Assembly: GCA_025060595.1 (NCBI GenBank)
Contig: JANXBX010000006.1
Coordinates: 65,657 to 129,656, forward strand
Source of the DNA: Synergistota bacterium
Lineage (GTDB): Bacteria > Synergistota > GBS-1
Length of the DNA: 64,000 nucleotides
Reading direction: 5' to 3'
The notes beneath the pieces were generated by a model. It was given only the letters and a program-made list of their open reading frames with translations. It was not told where the DNA came from and searched no databases. The position numbers were made by a program, and so were the translations under genes. Positions 9,399 through 18,253 of the stretch are shown piece by piece; the first letter of the stretch is position 1; each line of letters opens with the position of its first letter.

Positions 9399-10982
9399 AT
9401 GGAAGCGAAAGGAAGACACCCATCAGCGCTTGAGCCTGCGGTCCTTATACTTAACATAGCGATGGCCGTATTCGGAGCCATAATAGGGCTTGAACTTATA
9501 ACTCGTTTAGGTATATCAACCAATACCTCAATTATCGGTGCCTTAATAGCTATTATCCTTGCAAGGGTTCCGGTTATGGCTTTACAGAAGTTCTTAGATA
9601 TTAATAGGCAAAACTTGGTTCAAACCACGATATCAGGAGCAACCTTCGGAGCAGCAAATGCCATATTCCTGCCAGCAGCGATACCTTGGCTTCTTAAAAG
9701 ACCTGACCTTGTTATGCCTATGTTAATAGGGGCCTTCTTAGGAGCAGTAGTAGACATGACCATACTTTATTGGCTTTTCGATACAAGAGCTTTCCCAGCA
9801 AAACATGCTTGGCCACCAGGAATCGCTACAGCTGAGACCCTTCTTGCAGCCGCCCAAAAGGGTAAAAGAGCTATGTATCTCATATATGGAATGCTTGGTG
9901 GGGGAACCCTAGCTTATTTTGGCATACCTGCTGACGTAGCTGGAGTAGCTTGGATAGGGAATATATGGGCTTTAGCGATGTTCGGCATAGGCTTAATAAT
10001 TAGAGGATACTCAGTTAAGCTATTTGGCATCGATATTAATAAGTACTACATACCTCATGGGATAATGATAGGTGCCGGTGTAGCAGCCTTAGTCCAGATG
10101 TTCATGGTCTTGCGCGAGAAAAAAGCTTATACTAGAGAAGAGCATAAAGAGTACAAGCCCTCGAGACCTGATAAAGACATAGCTCTGGGCTTAAGCAAAG
10201 GTTTCATACTATACATAGCTATAGGCCTGCTTATAGCTGTTACCAGCGGATTATATACGAATATGTCAGCAGGAATGTTTATATGGTGGATAATATTTGC
10301 GGCTATAGCAGCGCTTGTTTCTGAGCTTATGGTGGGGCTTTCAGCAATGCATGCGGGGTGGTTCCCAGCTTTCGCAACGGCATTAATATTCCTAACCATA
10401 GGAATGCTTATGGGATTTCCACCCATAGCTTTAGGCTTACTTGTAGGATACACGGCTTCAACTGGACCGGCTTTTGCAGACATGGGATACGACCTTAAAA
10501 CTGGTTGGATAATAAGAGGATATGGAAAAGACCCAGCCCTAGAAATGGAAGGAAGGAAACAACAATATATAGCTGAGTTAACAGGACTTGTAGTAGCAGT
10601 CATCATGGTAATGATTTTAGCCAAAACATACTTAGTTCAGGATCTTGTACCCCCTGTTGACAGAGTATACGTTAAGACCATAGAAGCTGGAGCTAACCCT
10701 CAAATAGCTAAATATCTAATCATATGGGCTATACCTGGAGCTATAATACAGGCAATTGGCGGACCGGATAGACAGATAGGAATACTACTCGCTACAGGTC
10801 TTCTAATATTAAACCCCTTAGCTGGTTTCACAGTACTTGCGGCCTTAGGAATCAGGCTTTTGGTCTTAAGCAAATATAAGCAGGAAGGACAAAACGTCCT
10901 TTATGTTCTTGGAGCAGGCTTTATAGCGGGAGCCACACTTGTTAGCTTCTTCAGATCAACACTAAGGCTTGGAAGGAAGTGA
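9399..10982 (+). CDS. Polytopic membrane permease, possibly OPT (oligopeptide transporter) superfamily
   Basis: 527 aa, highly hydrophobic, 14 or more predicted TM segments. It is flanked by two peptidase-like genes. Confidence 0.4.
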   Translation: MEAKGRHPSALEPAVLILNIAMAVFGAIIGLELITRLGISTNTSIIGALIAIILARVPVMALQKFLDINRQNLVQTTISGATFGAANAIFLPAAIPWLLKRPDLVMPMLIGAFLGAVVDMTILYWLFDTRAFPAKHAWPPGIATAETLLAAAQKGKRAMYLIYGMLGGGTLAYFGIPADVAGVAWIGNIWALAMFGIGLIIRGYSVKLFGIDINKYYIPHGIMIGAGVAALVQMFMVLREKKAYTREEHKEYKPSRPDKDIALGLSKGFILYIAIGLLIAVTSGLYTNMSAGMFIWWIIFAAIAALVSELMVGLSAMHAGWFPAFATALIFLTIGMLMGFPPIALGLLVGYTASTGPAFADMGYDLKTGWIIRGYGKDPALEMEGRKQQYIAELTGLVVAVIMVMILAKTYLVQDLVPPVDRVYVKTIEAGANPQIAKYLIIWAIPGAIIQAIGGPDRQIGILLATGLLILNPLAGFTVLAALGIRLLVLSKYKQEGQNVLYVLGAGFIAGATLVSFFRSTLRLGRK

Positions 10983-12040
10983 AAAGATATATGACCCTTT
11001 ACGAGTTTGAGCTTGGGCTTGCAGCAAAAAAGCTCGTTAGAGATATACTTGATGTTCAACCTGATGAAATAGTAGCGATAACAGCAGATACGCTATCCAG
11101 CGAAGCTGTGGCTAACGCCACCGCAAGAGCAGTTTTCGAAGCTGGAGCAAAACCTATGACCATATGGGTTGCCACACCCTTGGGGGTTGGAAAAGCCGCT
11201 GATCCGATGCTTCCTCAAAAAGCCTTAATAGGAGCCTTAAACAATGCAGATGTATGGATAGAGTTTAACTACCAGTGGCTCTTATACTCAACGGTATTTG
11301 ATAGGGTGATTGCGGAAAACAAAAACCTAAGATATATATGCCTTGTGGGAATGAACCCAGATATGATGGTAAGAGTCATAGGAAGGGTGGATATAAAGGT
11401 TTTAGCACAATTCCTAAAAACGATTGCAGAGATAACTATGAAAGGGAAACACGTGAGAGTAACAACACCCGCTGGAACAGATGTGGAATTTGATAATCAC
11501 CCGCAAAGGCCACCTATAGTTCACTCAGGATACATACCTAAAGGGACCTATGGAATGCTACCTGGACAGATAAGCTGGACACCCAAGCTCGAGACTATAA
11601 AAGGGTACATAGTTTTCGATGGCTCCATATATCCACCTATAGGGTTGCTAAAAGAACCTATTAAACTAACCATCGAGAAGGGCAGAATAGTAAAAATAGA
11701 AGGGGGAAGAGAGGCAAGGGAGCTTGAAAGCTGGATCAAAAGCTTTAACGATCCAAACATGTATCAGTTAGCCCACATTTCTTATGGGTTTAATCCGGGA
11801 GCAAAACTTACCGGTGATATAGTTGAAGATGAAAGAGTATGGGGAGCAACCGAATGGGGAATAGGAAACATAGGTCCCAGATTAGTTCCAGATATACCAG
11901 GAGGGGTACCTGCAGCCTCCCATACCGATGGAATATGCTTAAATTCATCAGTATGGATCGATGGAGTTCAAATAACAGATAAAGGGGTCGTAGTAAACCC
12001 ACCTGAGCTTGTTGAACTTGCAAAAAGGATAAAGAAATAG
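10979..12040 (+). CDS. Peptidase M29 family protein (aminopeptidase / 2,5-dihydroxypyridine dioxygenase-like)
   Basis: 353 aa. Conserved WGATEWGIGN...HTDG block, paralogous to the gene at 8414. Confidence 0.5.
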   Translation: MKRYMTLYEFELGLAAKKLVRDILDVQPDEIVAITADTLSSEAVANATARAVFEAGAKPMTIWVATPLGVGKAADPMLPQKALIGALNNADVWIEFNYQWLLYSTVFDRVIAENKNLRYICLVGMNPDMMVRVIGRVDIKVLAQFLKTIAEITMKGKHVRVTTPAGTDVEFDNHPQRPPIVHSGYIPKGTYGMLPGQISWTPKLETIKGYIVFDGSIYPPIGLLKEPIKLTIEKGRIVKIEGGREARELESWIKSFNDPNMYQLAHISYGFNPGAKLTGDIVEDERVWGATEWGIGNIGPRLVPDIPGGVPAASHTDGICLNSSVWIDGVQITDKGVVVNPPELVELAKRIKK

Positions 12041-12086
12041 AAAATTACCTTCAAATCAGATTAAAATTAGATACCAAGTATGTTAT

Positions 12087-12114
12087 AGGGCTCCAGTATT
12101 ATACTGGAGCCCTA
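12087..12114. terminator. GC hairpin, putative bidirectional intrinsic terminator
   Basis: The sequence gggctccagtattatactggagccc is a perfect inverted repeat between the peptide operon and the ATPase. Confidence 0.5.
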
Positions 12115-12150
12115 ATAGTCATAAGTTTTAAAATTAATGGAGTGTAAAAA

Positions 12151-14226
12151 GTGAGAACATATAAAAAGCTATCCCTCATTGGACTTGATTGCCCTAACTG
12201 TGCAGTAAAAATCGAAAAGGATGTAAAGGGCATAAAGGGAGTTAAAGATGCGATAGTATCCTTAAGCTCTCAAAAACTAACCTTAACGATAGAGGAGGAA
12301 AGTAGCTGGCCAGACATCTTAAATCAGGTAAAGCTTGTGGTTAATAAGTACGATACAAACATAAAAGTCTTAGAAAAGGACCTTGAAGATAAACATAAGA
12401 TAACTAAAGAGATTATAAAACTAGCTTTAGGAACCTCTCCCTTTGTGATAGCTTTTCTCGCTAATGGCAGCTTAAAGCAGGCGCTATTTATCCTTTCCTA
12501 TATTGCAATTGGACACAGCGTGCTTTTAAAGGCATTTAAAAATATACTAAGCGGCCAAGTATTCGACGAAAACCTGTTAATGTCAATTGCCACCTCTGGA
12601 GCGCTTTTGATAGGTGAGGTGCCTGAAGCAATTTCCGTAATGCTCTTTTATAAGATAGGCGAGCTTTTGCAAAACATAGCAGTAGAAAACTCAAGAAGAT
12701 CTATAACCGCATTATTGGACCTGCGTCCGGAGTTTGCAAACTTACTAATTGGAAACGAAACGAAAAAAACTAAAGCAGAAGCGATAAAGATAGGAGACAC
12801 AATAATTGTGAGACCGGGGGAGAGAATCCCGCTTGATGGCATAGTCATAGAGGGAAGCTCAAGCGTTGACACATCTACTATTACAGGGGAATCTATGCCG
12901 AGAAGCGTAACAGTTGGAAACGAGGTTTTAGCGGGATTTATAAATCTAGATGGCCTGTTAAAGATAAAGGTAACCAAGGAGTTCAAGGAATCGACGATTA
13001 GTAAGATCTTAGAGCTAGTTGAAAATGCAAGTGCCAGAAAGGCAAGAACCGAAAACTTTATCACTAAGTTTGCAAGGTTTTACACACCTATTGTCATTCT
13101 CCTGGCTCTACTTATAGCTTTAATCCCGCCTATGGCGTTCGGACGACCCTTCTCCCTATGGATATATAGAGCTTTGGTTTTCTTAGTAGTCTCATGCCCA
13201 TGTGCACTGCTAATATCGATACCCCTTGGCTTCTTTGCAGGAATCGGATCAGCTTCAAGGAATGGCATTCTGATGAAAGGAAGTAACTACTTAGAAGCCT
13301 TAAACGACGTTAATACGATAATCTTCGATAAGACCGGAACCTTAACCATGGGAAGATTTAAAATAAAAAACATATGGTCAGCTAAAGGATACGAAAGAGA
13401 AGATATCCTTAATTATGCAGCCCATGCAGAGTTCTACTCTAATCATCCCATAGCCCAATCAATTTTAAACGAATACAGCAATATAGACGAAACTAAGATA
13501 AAGGAGTACAGAGAAATACCCGGCTTTGGGGTAGAAGCGAAAATAAACGATAAAAGAGTTCTAGTAGGAAATGCTAAACTGTTATCGGATAGAGGAATAG
13601 ATATTGATAAAGAAATCGAAACAGAAACGGGAGTTTACGTAGCCATCAACGATAAGCTTGCAGGATACATCACCTTTGAAGATGAGATAAAGAAAGACGC
13701 AAAGGAAACGATCGACCGCCTAAAGGAAATCGGAATTAAAACCGTACTTTTCACAGGGGATCATAAGAATGCAGCGAAATACGTTGCAGAAAGCCTAGGG
13801 ATAGACGAATTTTACCATGACCTTTTACCCCACCAAAAGGTGGAGAAACTGGAAGAATTAAAAACCAAGAAAAGCAGAGGAAATATAATTTTCGCAGGAG
13901 ATGGCATAAATGATGCAGCAGTCATCGCTAGAGCAGATATAGGCATCGCAATGGGAGCATTAGGACAAGATGCAGCCATCGAAGCTGCAGACGTGGTCAT
14001 CATGAACGATCAAATTAAAAGTATACTTACAGCTATACATATAGCAAGAAAAACCAAAAAGATAGTGTGGCAAAACATCTTCCTTGCCTTATCCATAAAG
14101 TTTCTCGTTTTAATCACGGCCTCGCTAGGAATGGTAAATATGTGGGAAGCGGTCTTTGCGGATGTAGGAGTAGCTCTTATGACAATCTTAAACTCACTGA
14201 GAATAACCAATGAGAATTTCGATTAA
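12151..14226 (+). CDS. Heavy-metal translocating P1B-type ATPase (Zn/Cd/Pb type)
   Basis: GTG start. N-terminal HMA domain with GLDCPNC. CPC motif (VVSCPCALL). DKTGTLT phosphorylation site. TM8 Asp (ADVGVALMTILNSLR) typical of P1B-2 ZntA/CadA. Confidence 0.85.
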   Translation: MRTYKKLSLIGLDCPNCAVKIEKDVKGIKGVKDAIVSLSSQKLTLTIEEESSWPDILNQVKLVVNKYDTNIKVLEKDLEDKHKITKEIIKLALGTSPFVIAFLANGSLKQALFILSYIAIGHSVLLKAFKNILSGQVFDENLLMSIATSGALLIGEVPEAISVMLFYKIGELLQNIAVENSRRSITALLDLRPEFANLLIGNETKKTKAEAIKIGDTIIVRPGERIPLDGIVIEGSSSVDTSTITGESMPRSVTVGNEVLAGFINLDGLLKIKVTKEFKESTISKILELVENASARKARTENFITKFARFYTPIVILLALLIALIPPMAFGRPFSLWIYRALVFLVVSCPCALLISIPLGFFAGIGSASRNGILMKGSNYLEALNDVNTIIFDKTGTLTMGRFKIKNIWSAKGYEREDILNYAAHAEFYSNHPIAQSILNEYSNIDETKIKEYREIPGFGVEAKINDKRVLVGNAKLLSDRGIDIDKEIETETGVYVAINDKLAGYITFEDEIKKDAKETIDRLKEIGIKTVLFTGDHKNAAKYVAESLGIDEFYHDLLPHQKVEKLEELKTKKSRGNIIFAGDGINDAAVIARADIGIAMGALGQDAAIEAADVVIMNDQIKSILTAIHIARKTKKIVWQNIFLALSIKFLVLITASLGMVNMWEAVFADVGVALMTILNSLRITNENFD

Positions 14227-14255
14227 GAAAGCTTTATAGGCGTATCGCTCGCTTT

Positions 14256-15458
14256 TCAAGGTAAGCTTTCTTCCTTCCTCTTAGCCTCTATGAAAGCCCT
14301 CCTTAATGCCTCTTTAATATCCTTGTCCTTAAGAACCAGAATAGCCATTCTTCCTAAGGCTTTAGCGCCTAAAACTATGGCCTCATGAGCTCTCTCAGAT
14401 TTAGTAAGCTCTGAGAATTCCCTTGTGTGCAGAGGTACCTTCTTTCCAGTTATATCTAAGACAGGTTGAATGGCTGGACATCTATGACTGACATTACCTA
14501 TGTCTGATGAGCCCATAGGACCTGGTGGCTCGGACAGCTCAACCTTAAGATCACGTAATATATCCTCGAAAAGCCTCTCAGCCACCTCATTTGGAAGCAT
14601 GTTATCAAAGCTAAACTCATAGTTTCGCCAAGTCACCTCTGTAGCTGTAGCCAAAGCAGCACCCTTAGCGCAATTAAAGACCTGCTCAACGAGTCTTTTA
14701 AGATAACCCCTCCATGGTGCCCTAAAGTAGAACCTCGCTACAGCCCTTTCCGGGACTATATTAGGAACACTACCACCATCAACTATAACACCATGCATTC
14801 TAACTTCCGGCTTCACATGTTGCCTTAACATATCTATAGCATGAAAGAAAAGCTGAAGACCATTTAAAGCGTTCCTACCCTCCCAAGGAGCTGAAGCAGC
14901 ATGGGAGGATTTCCCCTTAAACTCAAACTCTATGGCATCAAGAGCCAACGAACGATATTTGGCAAAACTTATACCTCCACCCGCATGGATCATCATAGCT
15001 AAGTCCACATCATCAAAAACTCCTCTTTCAGCCATCAAAACTTTGGCCCCGCTCGTTTCCTCAGAAGGAGTACCTATGACTAAAAGCTCCCCTCTTAGCT
15101 CACCCCTTTTAAAGAGTTTTATCAAAGCTATCCCAGCTAATGTGGACATAGCACCATGAACGTTATGACCACAAGCATGACCAATCTCTGGTAAAGCATC
15201 ATACTCCACTAAAAGAACCACCTTAGCACCATCACCATTTTTCACCTTACCGATAAAGGAATAGGGTATACCTATAAATGGCGATTCCATATCAAATCCA
15301 TGTCTTCTAAGAAGATCCATGTGGATCTTACTTGATCTTTCCTCTTCTCCGGAAAGCTCAGGGTTATCCGCAAGGTAATCACTTAAGGCTATGGCCTCCT
15401 GAGCGCTTTCCTCTACTAATCTATCAATCTCGTTAAAAAGCCCTCTGTATTTTTCCAT
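14256..15458 (-). CDS. M20 family amidohydrolase (AbgB-like)
   Basis: 400 aa. Metal-ligand motif ...EIGHACGHNVHGAMS... and an M20 dimerisation region. Confidence 0.8.
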   Translation of the reverse strand: MEKYRGLFNEIDRLVEESAQEAIALSDYLADNPELSGEEERSSKIHMDLLRRHGFDMESPFIGIPYSFIGKVKNGDGAKVVLLVEYDALPEIGHACGHNVHGAMSTLAGIALIKLFKRGELRGELLVIGTPSEETSGAKVLMAERGVFDDVDLAMMIHAGGGISFAKYRSLALDAIEFEFKGKSSHAASAPWEGRNALNGLQLFFHAIDMLRQHVKPEVRMHGVIVDGGSVPNIVPERAVARFYFRAPWRGYLKRLVEQVFNCAKGAALATATEVTWRNYEFSFDNMLPNEVAERLFEDILRDLKVELSEPPGPMGSSDIGNVSHRCPAIQPVLDITGKKVPLHTREFSELTKSERAHEAIVLGAKALGRMAILVLKDKDIKEALRRAFIEAKRKEESLP

Positions 15459-15461
15459 GAT

Positions 15462-16805
15462 TTACCTCCTTATGATCTTCCCTTCTGGCGGTTCTATAAT
15501 TTTCCCATCTTCCACAGAAACCTTTCCATTAACCACAACATACCTTATACCCTTTGGGGAAGCTAATGGCTCCTTAAAGGTAGCCATATCTTTAAACTCC
15601 TTAGGATCAAATATGGTTATATCCGCATAAAAGCCCTCCTTTATCTTTCCTCTATATTCCATGAAGGCATTATCTGCGGGAATCGTTGTAGCATGCCTTA
15701 AAGCCTCTTCCCAACTAAATCCCGCTTCCCTAAGCCACAACAACGCCCTAGGAAAGGCACCAGATGCCCGGGGATGTCCCCAACCACCTCTTATAACAGC
15801 ATCAGAAGCTATAGCACACATGGGGTGAAGGATACAAAGCCTCATCTCATCTTCATTCATAACGTGAGCAACAACCAACGTTTCTGGCGCATTTTGCCTT
15901 AAAAAGCTAAAAAGCTCGGGATCAAGCCTACGCCCCCTGAAACTTCCACTTGCCACCTCTATATATTCTAGCCCCTTACCCCACCTCTCCTCAAACCCAG
16001 GATCGAAAACAGCCGAACCTATGTAGGTACAAAAGGCAGAGTAGGGATAGCTATCGAATCTCAAATCCACACCCTCCGATATCGCTTCCTCAATCAATCT
16101 TAAGGCCTCTTTAGAATAGCCAAAAGCCGTCATACTCCCTAAATGAGATATAATAACTCTCACCTTAACATCTTTAGCTAAAGAAATGGCTTCCTTCACT
16201 GCCTCAATACACCTTGGACCATCATACCTTATATGTATAGAAATGAATCTCCTCTCGAATTCCCTTAAAACCCAAGCTAGACCATATATCTCATCTTTAT
16301 CAACATATGGAGTATATTCAAGACCGAGAGAAAAACCGAAAGAACCATGTCTTAACTCTTCTCTCAATATCTCTCTCATGGCCTCGATCTCAGAGGGACT
16401 GGCACACCTATAAGGATCATTTATACCTATAGACTCCCTTAAGGCTCTATGACCCGTTAAAAAGCCAAGGTTGATATACTTATCTTTCACGACCTTTTCT
16501 ATTTCTCTAACCAAAGCACCAGAGCCGCAGTTTCCAGAAATCCCAGTAGTTACACCTTGAAGAAGGAGCAACTTCTGTACCGTATAAGGATCAGAAGGAT
16601 CCTCATCTACATGCATATGAGTATCTATAAAGCCAGGTGAAACAACAAGACCAGTAGCATCAATAACCCTCTTAGCATTCACCTCGGCTTCTAGATCTGC
16701 AACCTTCTCTATATATACATCTTTTATTAATATAAGAGCAGATTTAAAGGTCTGGGACTCACCATCCCAGACCTTATCTCCCATTATGGCTAAATCATAA
16801 ATCAT
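15462..16805 (-). CDS. N-acyl-D-amino-acid deacylase (D-aminoacylase), amidohydrolase superfamily
   Basis: The N-terminal MIYDLAIMGDKVWDG...GLVVSPGFIDTHMHVDE is characteristic of D-aminoacylases. Confidence 0.75.
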   Translation of the reverse strand: MIYDLAIMGDKVWDGESQTFKSALILIKDVYIEKVADLEAEVNAKRVIDATGLVVSPGFIDTHMHVDEDPSDPYTVQKLLLLQGVTTGISGNCGSGALVREIEKVVKDKYINLGFLTGHRALRESIGINDPYRCASPSEIEAMREILREELRHGSFGFSLGLEYTPYVDKDEIYGLAWVLREFERRFISIHIRYDGPRCIEAVKEAISLAKDVKVRVIISHLGSMTAFGYSKEALRLIEEAISEGVDLRFDSYPYSAFCTYIGSAVFDPGFEERWGKGLEYIEVASGSFRGRRLDPELFSFLRQNAPETLVVAHVMNEDEMRLCILHPMCAIASDAVIRGGWGHPRASGAFPRALLWLREAGFSWEEALRHATTIPADNAFMEYRGKIKEGFYADITIFDPKEFKDMATFKEPLASPKGIRYVVVNGKVSVEDGKIIEPPEGKIIRR

Positions 16806-16806
16806 G

Positions 16807-18186
16807 TCACTGATATCCTATGAAAGTAGCTATTGCTATAAAAAGCATTTGAACAGGGAATATTAACAGGAAGAAAGGAGTAAAGAACTTCCACCACCTT
16901 TCTATAGGGACCTTAGCTATACTACATATGACCGGGAGAAGAGTCGTAGGCCAAAGGAGATTAGAGAAACCATCTCCATACTGGAAGGCTAAAACAGCAG
17001 TTTGCCTCGTTATGCCAAGCAAGTCAGATAGGGGAGCCATAATAGGCATGGTAACAGAGGCCTGTCCTGAACCAGAAGGTATGAAGAAGTTTATTATTGT
17101 TTGAACAACAAGCATACCCTCAGCTCCAACCCATGGAGGAAGTCCCTCAAGAGGTTTTGACAAACCGTATATAACGGTATCTATTATTCGTCCTTCTCTC
17201 ATAACTATGAGTATCGCTCTTGAGAGTCCTATAACAAGCGCCCCAAAAACTATATCTCTTGCACCTTCAAGGAAGGACTCAGCAATCTTATTAGGAGTAA
17301 AACCAGCTATTAGGGCACAAACAACGCCCATAATTAAAAATAAACCCGCTAACTCATTGAAATACCAACCAAGCTCTATAACTCCCCAAATAAGCAAGCC
17401 CACTGTAAAGATAACAATACCAAAAATTAATTTTTCCCTTAGTGTAAACTCCCTAACTATAAGCTCATCATGCCTTAAGGCTAACACACCCATATCTAAG
17501 CCATACATTAAGCTCTTCTTAGGATCCTTTTTAATTCTTCTGGCATATCTTATGGTCCACCAAACGGCCAAAGTTACAAAGGTAAACCAGCTTACGATCC
17601 TAAAGCCCAAACCTGAAAAGAGCGGTAACTCCGAAAACTTTTGAGCCAAACCAACGGTAAACGGATTCATAAAAGCTGCAGCAAATCCCATACCAACGCC
17701 AAAACAAACCATGCTTAAACCAACTATGGCATCATAACCCATAGCTATAGCGAGTCCAACAAAAAGGGGAACGAAGCCTAAGGCCTCTTCAAACATACCG
17801 AAAACAGATCCGCATAGGGCGAAGAAATACATGAAGACAGGAATCATAAATATCTCTTTGCCCTCAAGCTTTCTCAGCAAGAAACCTATAAAGGAGTGCA
17901 ATGCTCCCGTCTTCAAAACCATATAGAAGGAAGCATAAACGATGAAGACGAAAAATATGACCTCAGCTGCATCTATCATCCCTTTCTGAACGGCAATAAA
18001 GGTTTCAAAGAAACCGACAGGATTAGGATCAACCAGCTTATAGGTTCCAGGAACAACCACAGTCTTATTAGTCTTCGGATCCTTTACCCTATCAAACTCC
18101 CCAGCTGGAAGAGCATAAGTAAGAATAGCAGCTATCACCACTAAGGAAAAGAGCAAAACAAAGGTGTGAGGAACACGGACTCTCAT
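16807..18186 (-). CDS. YfcC family (DcuC/AbgT-related) putative amino-acid transporter
   Basis: A 459-aa membrane protein with the YfcC-family N-terminal region (FVLLFSLVVIAAILTYALPAGEFDR...). Confidence 0.7.
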   Translation of the reverse strand: MRVRVPHTFVLLFSLVVIAAILTYALPAGEFDRVKDPKTNKTVVVPGTYKLVDPNPVGFFETFIAVQKGMIDAAEVIFFVFIVYASFYMVLKTGALHSFIGFLLRKLEGKEIFMIPVFMYFFALCGSVFGMFEEALGFVPLFVGLAIAMGYDAIVGLSMVCFGVGMGFAAAFMNPFTVGLAQKFSELPLFSGLGFRIVSWFTFVTLAVWWTIRYARRIKKDPKKSLMYGLDMGVLALRHDELIVREFTLREKLIFGIVIFTVGLLIWGVIELGWYFNELAGLFLIMGVVCALIAGFTPNKIAESFLEGARDIVFGALVIGLSRAILIVMREGRIIDTVIYGLSKPLEGLPPWVGAEGMLVVQTIINFFIPSGSGQASVTMPIMAPLSDLLGITRQTAVLAFQYGDGFSNLLWPTTLLPVICSIAKVPIERWWKFFTPFFLLIFPVQMLFIAIATFIGYQ

Positions 18187-18253
18187 CTAAACTTCCCCTC
18201 CTCTCTAAAATAAAATATTTCTGCAAAAATGATAAATTAAAAACTTAGCTATG

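Noticed and set aside
10127-10624. 165-aa minus-strand ORF inside the OPT-like permease gene
   Set aside because: Antisense shadow ORF of a highly hydrophobic coding region.
17207-18144. 145-aa and 82-aa plus-strand ORFs within the yfcC-like gene
   Set aside because: Antisense shadow ORFs. No independent support.
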